Positions 50,585-60,408 of a DNA stretch of 64,000 nucleotides are shown here, piece after piece. The notes under the pieces are model-generated. The model did no database searches, had not been told where the DNA came from, and saw nothing but the letters and a program-made list of their open reading frames with translations. The position numbers and the translations under genes are program-made. This DNA comes from Mobula hypostoma (Eukaryota), in assembly GCF_963921235.1 (NCBI RefSeq), contig NC_086097.1:147190001-147254000 (forward strand). Direction: 5' to 3'. Positions within the stretch are counted from its first letter, which is position 1. The number at the start of each line of letters is the position of its first letter.

Positions 50585-53584
50585 TCAGAACCCAGCCTTC
50601 CCTCCATACCCCCTGACCCCTGTAGCCACAAGGGCCATATCTAACTTCCTTTTAAACATAGCTAATGAACTGGCCTCAACAGTTTGCTGTGGCAGAGAAT
50701 TCCACAGATTCACCACTCTCTGTGTGAAGAAGTTTTTCCTAACCTCGGTCCTAAAAGGCTTCCCCTCTATCCTCAAACTGTGACCCCTCGTTCTGGACCT
50801 CCCCAACATCGGGAACAATCTTCCCGCATCTAGCCTGTCCAATCCCTTTAGGATCTTATACGTTTCATTCAGATCCCCCCTCAATCTTCTAAATTCCAAC
50901 GAGTACAAGCCCAGTTCATCCAGTCTTTCTTCATATGAAAGACCTGCCATCCCAGGAATCAATCTGGTGAACCTTCTTTGTACTCCCTCTATGGCAAAGA
51001 TGTCTTTCCTCAGATTAGGGGACCAAAACTGCACACAATACTCCAGGTGTGGTCTCACCAAGGCCTTGTACAACTGCAGTAGTACCTCCCTGCTCCTGTA
51101 CTCGAATCCTCTCGCTATAAATGCCAGCATACCGTTCGCCTTTTTCACCGCCTGCTGTACCTGCATGCCCACTTTCAATGACTGGTGTATAATGACACCC
51201 AGGTCTCGTTGCACCTCCCCTTTTCCGAATCGGCCACCATTCAGATAATAATCTGTTTTCCTATTTTTGCCACCAAAGTGGATAACTTCACATTTATCCA
51301 CATTAAATTGCATCTGCCATGAGTTTGCCCACTCACCCAACCTATCCAAGTCACCCTGCATCCTCTTAGCATCCTCCTCACTGCTAACACTGCCACCCAG
51401 CTTCGTGTCATCCGCAAACTTGGAGATGCTGCATTTAATTCCCTCATCCAAGTCATTAATATATATTGTAAACAACTGGGGTCCCAGCACTGAGCCTTGC
51501 GGTACCCCACTAGTCACCGCCTGCCATTCTGAAAAGGTCCCGTTTATTCCCACTCTTTGCTTCCTGTCTGCTAACCAATTCTCCACCCACACCAATACCT
51601 TACCCCCAATACCGTGTGCTTTAAGTTTGCACACTAATCTCCTGTGTGGGACCTTGTCAAAAGCCTTTTGAAAATCCAAATATACCACATCCACTGGTTC
51701 TCCCCTATCCACTCTACTAGTTACATCCTCAAAAAATTCTATGAGATTCGTCAGACATGATTTTCCTTTCACAAATCCATGCTGACTTTGTCCGATCATT
51801 TCACCGCTTTCCAAATGTGCTGTTATCACATCCTTGATAACTGACTCCAGCAGTTTCCCCACCACCGACGTTAGGCTAACCGGCCTATAATTCCCCGGTT
51901 TCTCTCTCCCTCCTTTTTTAAAAAGTGGGGTTACATTAGCCACCCTCCAATCCTCAGGAACTAGTCCAGAATCTAACGAGTTTTGAAAAATTATCACTAA
52001 TGCATCCACTATTTCTTGGGCCACTTCCTTAAGCACTCTGGGATGCAGACCATCTGGCCCTGGGGATTTATCTGCCTTCAATCCCTTCAATTTACCTAAC
52101 ACCACTTCCCTACTAACATGTATTTCGCTCAGTTCCTCCATCTCACTGGACCCGCTGTCCCTTACTATTTCTGGAAGATTATTTATGTCCTCCTTAGTGA
52201 AGACAGAACCAAAGTAATTATTCAATTGGTCTGCCATGTCCTTGCTCCCCATAATCAATTCACCTGTTTCTGTTTGCAGGGGACCTACATTTGTCTTTAT
52301 CAGTCTTTTCCTTTTTACATATCTATAAAAGCTTTTACAGTCCGTTTTTATGTTCTCTGCCAGTTTTCTCTCATAATCTTTTTTCCCCTTCCTAATTAAG
52401 CCCTTTGTCCTCCTCTGCTGAACTCTGAATTTCTCCCAGTCCTCAGGTGAGCCACTTTCTCTGGCTAATTTGTATGCTACTTCTTTGGAATTGATACTAT
52501 CCCTAATTTCTCTTGTCAGCCACGGGTGCAGTACCTTCCTTGATTTATTCTTTTGCCAAACTGGGATGAACAATTGTTGTAGTTCATCCATGCAACCTTT
52601 AAATGCCTGCCATTGCATATCCACCGTCAATCCTTGAAGTGTCATTTGCCAGTCTATCTTAGCTAATTCACGTCTCATACCTTCAAAGTTACCCCTCTTT
52701 AAGTTCAGAACCTTTGTTTCTGAATTAACTACGTCACTCTCCATGTTAATGAAGAATTCCACCATATTATGGTCACTCTTACCCAAGGGGCCTCTCACGA
52801 CAAGATCGCTAATTAACCCTTCCTCATTGCTCAAAACCCAGTCCAGAATAGCCTGCTCTCTAGTCGGTTCCTCGACATGTTGGTTCAAAAAACCATCCCG
52901 CATACATTCCAAGAAATCCTCTTCCTCAGCACCTTTACCAATTTGGTTCACCCAGTCTACATGTAGATTGAAGTCACCCATTATAACTGCTGTTCCTTTA
53001 TTGCACACATTTCTAATTTCCTGTTTAATACCATCTCCGACCTCACTGCTACTGTTAGGTGGCCTGTACACAACTCCCACCAGCGTCTTCTGCCCCTTAG
53101 TGTTACACAGCTCTACCCATATCGATTCCACATCTTCCCGGCTTATGTCCTTCCTTTCTATTGCGTTAATCTCTTTTTTAACCAGCAACACCACCCCACC
53201 TCCCCTTCCTTCATGTCTATCCCTCCTGAATATTGAATATCCCTGAACGTTGAGCTCCCATCCCTGGTCACCCTGGAGCCATGTCTCTGTGATCCCAACT
53301 ATATCATAATCATTAATAACAATCTGCACTTTCAATTCATCCACCTTATTACGAATGCTCCTTGCATTGACACATAAAGCCTTCAGGCGCTCTTTTACAA
53401 CTCTCTTAGCCCTTTTTAATGCTTGCCCTGGATTTGTCGGCCTGCCACTTTTACTTTTCCCCTTTGTACTTTTTGCTTCTACGCTCACTTTACACCCCTC
53501 TGTCTCTCTGCACTGGTTCCCATCCCTCTGTTGTGAACTAACCTCCTCACACCTAGCCGCTTTAATTTGATTCCCACCCCCCAA
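50585..53584 (-). CDS. CR1 ORF2: AP endonuclease + reverse transcriptase
   Basis: 999 uninterrupted codons: NARS, ITETW, YRPP, MGDFN, SDHN (APE); SPGPDG, NYRPVSLTS, LDFQKAFDKV, GVPQGSVLGP, KFADD (RT). The listed start is TTG; the first ATG is codon 202. Confidence 0.95.
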   Translation of the reverse strand: MGGGNQIKAARCEEVSSQQRDGNQCRETEGCKVSVEAKSTKGKSKSGRPTNPGQALKRAKRVVKERLKALCVNARSIRNKVDELKVQIVINDYDIVGITETWLQGDQGWELNVQGYSIFRRDRHEGRGGGVVLLVKKEINAIERKDISREDVESIWVELCNTKGQKTLVGVVYRPPNSSSEVGDGIKQEIRNVCNKGTAVIMGDFNLHVDWVNQIGKGAEEEDFLECMRDGFLNQHVEEPTREQAILDWVLSNEEGLISDLVVRGPLGKSDHNMVEFFINMESDVVNSETKVLNLKRGNFEGMRRELAKIDWQMTLQGLTVDMQWQAFKGCMDELQQLFIPVWQKNKSRKVLHPWLTREIRDSINSKEVAYKLARESGSPEDWEKFRVQQRRTKGLIRKGKKDYERKLAENIKTDCKSFYRYVKRKRLIKTNVGPLQTETGELIMGSKDMADQLNNYFGSVFTKEDINNLPEIVRDSGSSEMEELSEIHVSREVVLGKLKGLKADKSPGPDGLHPRVLKEVAQEIVDALVIIFQNSLDSGLVPEDWRVANVTPLFKKGGREKPGNYRPVSLTSVVGKLLESVIKDVITAHLESGEMIGQSQHGFVKGKSCLTNLIEFFEDVTSRVDRGEPVDVVYLDFQKAFDKVPHRRLVCKLKAHGIGGKVLVWVENWLADRKQRVGINGTFSEWQAVTSGVPQGSVLGPQLFTIYINDLDEGIKCSISKFADDTKLGGSVSSEEDAKRMQGDLDRLGEWANSWQMQFNVDKCEVIHFGGKNRKTDYYLNGGRFGKGEVQRDLGVIIHQSLKVGMQVQQAVKKANGMLAFIARGFEYRSREVLLQLYKALVRPHLEYCVQFWSPNLRKDIFAIEGVQRRFTRLIPGMAGLSYEERLDELGLYSLEFRRLRGDLNETYKILKGLDRLDAGRLFPMLGRSRTRGHSLRIEGKPFRTEVRKNFFTQRVVNLWNSLPQQTVEASSLAMFKRKLDMALVATGVRGYGGKAGF

Positions 53585-53589
53585 CCATT

Positions 53590-54504
53590 CTAGTTTAAAG
53601 TCACCTCAGTAGCCCCCGCTAATCTCCCTGCCAGGATATTGGTCCCCCTAGGATTTAAGTGTAACCCGTCCTTTTTGTACAGGTCACACCTGCGCCAAAA
53701 GAGGTCCCAATGATCGAAAAACTTGAATCCCTGCCCCCTGCTCCAATCCCTCAACCACGCATTTATCCTCTCACTGTCGCGTAGCACAGGCAGTAATCCC
53801 GAGATTACTACCTTTGCGGTCCTTTTTCTCAACTCCCTTCCTAGCTCCCTATATTCTTCTTTCAGGACCTCATCCCTTTTCCTACCTATGTCATTGGTAC
53901 CTATATGTACCAGGACCTCTGGCTCTTCACCCTCCCACTTCAGGATATCTTGGACATGATCAGAAATATCCCGGACCCTGGCACCAGGGAGGCAAACTAC
54001 CATCCGAGTCTCTGGACTGCGTCCACAGAATCGCCTATCTGACCCACTTACTATCGAGTCCCCAAACACAACTGCCCTCCTCTTCCTTGCCCTACCCTTC
54101 TGAGCTACAGGGCCAGACTCTGTGCCGGAGGCAGGGCCACTGTCGCTTCCCCCGGGTAAGCTGTTCCCCCCAACAGTACTCAAACAGGAGTACCTGTTGT
54201 TAAGGGGCACAGTCGCCGGGGTACTCCCCATCACCTGCCTTTTCCCCTTCCCCCTCCTAACCGTGACCCACTTGTCTGCCTCCCGTGGCCCCGGCGTGAC
54301 CACCTGCCTTCCACTCCTCTCTATCACCTCCTCGCTCTCCCTGACCAGACGAAGGTCATCGAGCTGCAGCTCCAGTTCCGTAACGCGGTCCCTTAGGAGC
54401 TGCATCTCGATGCACTTGGCGCAGATGTAGACGTCCGGGAGGCTTGGAGACTCCAGGGCCTCCCACATCCGACACCGAGAACAGCAAACTGCCCTCACAG
54501 TCAT
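53590..54504 (-). CDS. CR1 ORF1: zinc finger + leucine zipper + SGNH/GDSL esterase
   Basis: ATG at 54504; CSRC..CAKC; LLRDRVTELELQLDDL; VFGDS, PGA, GTND, DGLH catalytic blocks. Confidence 0.93.
   Translation of the reverse strand: MTVRAVCCSRCRMWEALESPSLPDVYICAKCIEMQLLRDRVTELELQLDDLRLVRESEEVIERSGRQVVTPGPREADKWVTVRRGKGKRQVMGSTPATVPLNNRYSCLSTVGGNSLPGGSDSGPASGTESGPVAQKGRARKRRAVVFGDSIVSGSDRRFCGRSPETRMVVCLPGARVRDISDHVQDILKWEGEEPEVLVHIGTNDIGRKRDEVLKEEYRELGRELRKRTAKVVISGLLPVLRDSERINAWLRDWSRGQGFKFFDHWDLFWRRCDLYKKDGLHLNPRGTNILAGRLAGATEVTLN
53593..53599 (-). promoter_or_regulatory. Candidate -1 ribosomal frameshift heptamer U_UUA_AAC
   Basis: ORF1 reads acT TTA AAC TAG; the -1 frame TTT AAA CTA GAA TGG TTG GGG is ORF2. 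Confidence 0.65.
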
Positions 54505-54667
54505 AATGCCCCTCTCCTCAAATAGCAACAGAAAATGAATGTCAAACCTTCCTCGCCTCGCCCGCTTCCGCCTAAGCCCGGTGAGCCGAAGCCCTTAAGT
54601 CTTCACTCTGCTCCCGGCTCACTCCGCAGCCCGCAAACTACGCTGCCCGCTCTATGAGGCTCTGTTC

Positions 54668-55159
54668 CTTTTAAATCTGCCGCGCTGCACTGCCCGACGT
54701 CACACGCCTGCGCAGTCCCGCCTCTCAGAAAGCCGTTGGAGAAAAAAAAATAACGAAAATTTCAAAAATCTCTTTCTCGGCACTCCCACTCAGACTCTCA
54801 GACTCCTTCTTCGAATCAAATCCGAAGCAGGATGTCTGCCCTTTTAAATCTGCCGCGCTGCACTGCCCGACGTCACACGCCTGCGCAGTCCCGCCTCTCA
54901 GAAAGCCGTTGGAGAAAAAAAATAACGAAAATTTCAAAAATCTCTTTCTCGGCACTCCCACTCAGACTCTCAGACTCCTTCTTCGAATCAAATCCGAAGC
55001 AGGATGTCTGCCCTTTTAAATCTGCCGCGCTGCACTGCCCGACGTCACACGCCTGCGCAGTCCCGCCTCTCAGAAAGCCGTTGGAGAAAAAAAATAACGA
55101 AAATTTCAAAAATCTCTTTCTCGGCACTCCCACTCAGACTCTCAGACTCCTTCTTCGAA
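54668..55159 (-). repeat. Tandem 172/173-bp promoter-like monomers (about 2.85 copies) in the CR1 5' UTR
   Basis: Units start at 54668, 54841 and 55013 on plus; identical apart from an A9/A8 run. Confidence 0.95.
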
Positions 55160-55645
55160 GGTTTACAAGGATGTTGCTGGGTCTTGAGAAACTCATGTTA
55201 CAGAGAAAGGTTGAATAGGGTAGGACTTTATCCCCGGGAGCGTAGAAGAATGAGGGGAGATTTGATAGAGGTATATAAAATTATGATGGGTATAGATAGA
55301 GTGGATGCAAGCAGGCTTTTTCCACTGAGGCAAGGGGAGAAAAAAAACCAGAGGACATGGGTTAAGGGTGAGGGGGGAAATGTTTAAAGGCAACATTGGG
55401 GGGGGGCTTCTTCATACAGAGAGTGGTGGGAGTATGGAATGAGCTGCCAGACGAGGTGGTAAATGCGGGTTCTTTTTTAACATTTAAGAATAAATTGGAC
55501 AGATACATGGATGGGAGGTGTATGGAGGGATATGGTCCGTGTGCAGGTCATTTGGATTAGGCAGAAAGTGGTTCGGCACAACCAAGAAGGGCTAAAAGGC
55601 CTGTTTCTGTGCTGTAGTTTTTCTATGGTTTCTATGGTTTCTATG
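55157..55645 (+). mobile_element. Older CR1 copy, right part
   Basis: RFTRML..RMRGDLIEVYKIM; (TTTCTATGG)n tail at about 55618-55645. Confidence 0.9.
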
Positions 55646-55762
55646 TTAAAAAATCAAATATATCTCTTCTAAACTCTGTTTATTTAATGTAAATACACAA
55701 TTTGCTCATGGAGCCTCCACTAATAAATAAGTGTATGTATTCATTTTCCCCTCTGTACTCAC

Positions 55763-55818
55763 AGCAGAATCTTAATATTACTGCCACATGAACACAGCAC
55801 AAAACACAATGCTCTCAG
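55763..55818 (-). CDS. Candidate exon of host gene (LRALCFVLCSCGSNIKIL)
   Basis: Acceptor ttctttcaccag, donor CT|gtgagt; 56 nt, phase 0 to 2. Confidence 0.6.
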
Positions 55819-55950
55819 CTGGTGAAAGAAAATTTAACCTATCACCCTAGTCATCTCTCCAATAAATCATGCTCCTTCCTTGATCTGTAAATATCATGAC
55901 TGTCTGCTGGGAATGTAGGGAAACAGAAGAGACTATTCACCTTGCCTTAC

Positions 55951-56034
55951 CTGTGTGGAACTTAGGGCCTCAGTTAGAATTGTTTCTTCACAGTAGCATT
56001 TCTTCATTTTATTTTGTAATTTTTTTATATGTTC
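55951..56034 (-). CDS. Candidate exon of host gene (EHIKKLQNKMKKCYCEETILTEALSSTQ)
   Basis: Acceptor tttattattaaattag, donor CAG|gtaagg; 84 nt, phase 0-0; 132-nt intron to the next exon. Confidence 0.6.
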
Positions 56035-58847
56035 CTAATTTAATAAATAAACAGTATTTTAAAAAATGAGTTATTTGCCATGTGGTTTCATGCCTCAACA
56101 AACCTTTGCAAAAAAACCTTTTAAATTCTAACCTTTCGTGTGTTGTTTCATAGGTCCAAAAAACTGCCATTTGTTCCCCAACAATTACAGCAAAAGCCTA
56201 CTTTTTGAGATAACTCATTATACTGTTTTCAGTTAGCTGCACAGCAACATTACCAGACTATCACAGTTCATTTCCCTCACACTGCATAAAATAGTTTCTG
56301 ATTCTGTGCTGTATTAAGGAATTGACTTGGTGTTTTCTGCAGCACAATTTTGGCTCTAAGATATCTTTATAATCACGTACAGAATTCTATGGGTGGGCAT
56401 TGCTCTGTATTCTTCATACGTGCAGAACTTCCACATTAATGGTAAGGCCAATCCAGTTGTAAGCTCCCATGTGAACAAATGGATCTGGGCAGCTCCCTAC
56501 AGATGCTCAATACTGGAAGTGTTCCATCTTATGTAAGGAACTAAAATGGCAAACATCCATAAAAGGAAATGCCTGAAGATATTGAAGCTACCTTCAGTCT
56601 GATTCCCCCTCCAATTCAGGAAGATATTTTGAGAATTACAGTAAAAACAGGTATGATAAAAGATTACACCATTCCTGTAAATGACCATGAAAACCATTGA
56701 GGTTGAATTTTCACAGCCCCGATCATACTGCTTTAACTTTGGCAGGAATATGGAGAAACTTTCTTGTGTTTATTAAAAACTGGTTCACCCTTGAACCCAT
56801 CAGAACTCACTAGAAGTTTAAAAGTTTAATGAAGAGAAATTGCAAAAAAACTAGAAATGCCTTTTAACTAGAAGCACTTGAAGTAGTCTTACCCTTCAAA
56901 TATCCATAACTTTAGAGAATCTTATTGTTTTCACATTTATTTTATTGAAGTCATTTGGAGCCTGTTGCTATCAACTATCCATGGCCAAATCACTGAAACC
57001 AGAGAGAAATATTAAGGACAAGAACCTTTAAAATAAATGAACTGAAAACTCAGAGTTATCCCCAGCTGTCTGTTATTTTCATAGTTAAAGCATTTGCTTG
57101 CTGCACTGAGTGACTGTTGCAATAAGTCAACCATAAAGATAAGAGACTGATGCTTCAGCTCCCTGTTCTAATGGTGCTGGTGAGTTCAAGCATTCCGGGG
57201 AGTATTCAAAAATGAGCAGAAATTATTTTGCTGATTTCTTGAAAGAAACTTAGACTCAACTTTAGGAACTTCTGCTTGGCTGGGTGGCAGATTCTGAACA
57301 TCTATGAAAGTGCTGTGATTGTAAATTTCCAGTCACAGGAATTCTACACAATTTAGAAATGCTTATTGTTTTGATATGGGGCAATGTAAGTCTTACAGAT
57401 AAAGCTTAGCTACCAAAGGATGAGAGAAATTGTTTATCACTATTAGATAAATGGATGTCTTTGGCTGTTTTGGGGAAACCTCTGCCTTCTTTGCCAGATT
57501 GGGACAAATACTATTTATGGAACATTTGCTGAACTTGAAGCAGAATACATAATAGCCAAATATTTAACTAAATTAAAGCCGAGCAATGAAGTGAAAAGAC
57601 CTTTGATCAAACTTATACATTTTTTTGCACTAAGCCAGTGATCAATTAGTTGGCTTGTGTAGTTTAATCAGGCACTGATACCTTGCAAAACACCTTGTTT
57701 ATGCTATTACCCTCCACAGGTGGAATATATTTTACAGGACAACCTATTTGCTTGGATAAAGAAAAGGAATTCAATATGAGTGCACAAAATACACACTTGT
57801 TAAAAATCCAGAAGCTATTTTCATAATATCGAGTATTATATAGTGGGGTAAACATTGCTATTTAGAATCTGTCATTGCATGAGTGGAATCACATGGTGAA
57901 GCTACATGTCTATTTTTTTTTCAAATGAAAACAACTCACACTGACAAAGGAATATTTCAAGCACAATATAAAAGCAAAATCCAGACATCTGGAATTTAAA
58001 GAACACACTGAAAAGACTCAGCAGAAAGAGGAATAAAGTTAATGGGCCAGAATCTTGCTGAAAATACCATATAGAGTTTTATAAGTTTTGTAAGGAAGTA
58101 AGTCTGAGATTCCAAGAATTCAGAATTCCAACCTAACTAATCAGCATATAGCGCCACTAGGCTCTGTCCTGAACTACATATACATATCATAGTTATGTCT
58201 AACATGTAATCATAGATCCTGTAAGAAAACCAAAAAAACTGTGACAGATACTCAACAGGCTGGAGAACATTTTAGATTCTATGCCAGGTTAGACTTCTTG
58301 TAGAAACTGAAACTCAGAAAGTTGCAGCTACTGGAAATCTAAAATGCAAAGAGAACATGCTTTTCAATATAGTTTGTAGGGTTGCAATAGCAGGACAAAA
58401 CTATGGCCTTGGTTCAGTAGAAACACTTTGGATAAAGTTAAGAAATAGCAAGGGTAAAAAGACCCAGACAGGAGTTATATACAGGCTTCCAAACATAGCC
58501 AGTATGTGGGATACAAATTACAATGGGAGATAAAGAAGGCATGTAAAAAGGGCAATATTACGTTAGTCATGGGGGTTTCAATATGCAGGTAGATTAGAAA
58601 CTCAGGTAGGTGCTGAATCCCAAGAAAAGGAACTTGTAGAATGCATACAAGATGGATTTTTAAAACAGCTTGTACTTGAGTACATTATGGGAAGGGCAAT
58701 TGTATATCAGGTGTTGTGTAAAGAATCAGATTTTATTTAGGACCTTAAGATAAAGGAACCCTTAGGATGCAGTGATCATAATTATAATAGAATTCACCCT
58801 TCAGCTTGAGAGATAGAGGATAATGTCAGATGTATCAGTATTACAGT

Positions 58848-59049
58848 TGTTATTGCTGTTCCCCTCCATGGCTGTGGAGCATTGGGTGGTAACATCCCTG
58901 TTTCTTTAGCACTTTTTTTATGAGGCCAAGTTGCTAACTCACTGCTCAACCCAGCATGGAAGGAAAGCATGCAAGGAGCCGGCTGGATTTGAACCTGGGA
59001 CCACTTGCCTCGAAGTCTGGTGTTGATGCCACTTTACCACCAGTTGATT
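58848..59049 (-). mobile_element. tRNA-derived SINE with 11-bp TSD
   Basis: AGTATTACAGT duplicated (58837-47, 59050-60); minus B box GGTTCAAATCC and A-box-like TGGTAAAGTGG. Confidence 0.75.
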
Positions 59050-60408
59050 AGTATTACAGTGGAGTAAAGGGAATTACAGAGGCATGAAAGAGGAACTAGT
59101 CAAAGTTGCTTAGAAGGGGACACTAGCAAGGATGTTGACAGAACAGCAATGATTGGGAGCAAATAGGGAGGTGCATGATAAAAACATCCCAAAGATGAAG
59201 AAGTGTTCTAAAGGGAAGATGACACAACAGTGATTGATGAGGGAAGTCAAAGACACCAAAAACAAAAGCAAAAGAGAGGGCATGTAATATAAAACACGAG
59301 TGGGAAATTAAAGGATTGGGAGTATTTAAAAGCCAACAAAAGCCATTGAGAGAGAAAAGATGAAATACAAAGGACCACTGGATATCAGATTGCCAGAAAA
59401 TGACACTGCAAAGGTAGTAATGGGGGACAAAGAAATAGCGGATGAACTTAATAAGTATTTTGTGTCAGTCTTCACTGTGAAAAACATGATCAGTATGCCA
59501 AAGTTTCAAGAATGCCATGGGACAGAAGTGAGTGTAGTTCCTGTTACGAAGGAGAAGGTGCTTGGGAAACTGAGTGGGCTGAAGGCAGATAAGTCACCTG
59601 GACTTGAGGACTACACCTAGAGTTCTGAAAGAGGTAGCTGAAGAGATTGTGGAGGCATTAGTAAATGTCTTTCAAGAAACATCGGAGCCAGGAATTTTTC
59701 CAGAGGACTGGAAAATTACAAATATCACTCCACTTTTTCAGAAAAGTGGAAATTATAAGCTGGTTATCCTGGCTTCAGTGGTTGGTAAGATTTTAGAGTT
59801 CATTATGAAGGATGAGAGCTTGGGGTACTTGGAAACACATGATAAAGTAGAGCAATGTCAGCATGGACTCTTTAAGGATAATCTTGTCCAACAAATCTAT
59901 TGGAATTCTATGAGGAAAAAAAGGTAGAATAGACAAAGGAGACTCAGTAGATGTTGTTTCCTTGGATCTAGAATTCCTTTGACAAGGTGCCACACATGAG
60001 GCTGATTAACAAGATAAGAGCCCATGTTATTAGAGGAAAGATACTAGTATGTATAGATGATTGGCTGACTGGCAGGTGACAAAGAGAGGGAACAAAAGGA
60101 GCCTTTTCAGGTTGGTTGCTGGTGACTACCGCTGTTCCGCAGGGGTCGGTGTTGGGCACGTTTCTTTACATGTTATATATCAATTATTTGGATGACTGAA
60201 TTAGCATTTATTTAGAGAGGACTAGAATATAAAAGCAAGGATGTAGTGTCAGCATTAGGGATGGTCCAGAGGTCATTCACTAGAATGATTCCAGGAGAGA
60301 AAGGTTCTGCATGAGGATGGTTTAATGACTTGGGGCCTGTGCTCACTGGAGTTTAGAAAAATGAGGAGAAACCTCATTGTACCTTATCGAACATTTAATA
60401 GCCTAGAC

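Larger units (their letters stand above)
50488..55159 (-). mobile_element. Young, essentially full-length CR1 LINE (about 4.67 kb)
   Basis: 5' tandem monomers, open ORF1 and ORF2, 3' GGCCGAATGGCC hairpin and (TTCTATGT)n tail; inserted inside an older opposite-strand CR1. Confidence 0.96.

Noticed and set aside
50967..54430. Plus-strand ORFs of 70-170 aa overlapping the full-length CR1
   Set aside because: These are antisense shadows of ORF1 and ORF2 with no independent motifs.
54668..55159. Tandem repeats as a CRISPR-like array, or as coding sequence (ORFs 54725-55387)
   Set aside because: The units are contiguous with no unique spacers, in a vertebrate context; the duplicated ORFs are by-products of the repeat.
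27813..56034. Naming the host gene (faint impressions of GREB1-like or dynein heavy chain-like peptides)
   Set aside because: The resemblance is limited to a few residues recalled from memory and is not supportable without a search.
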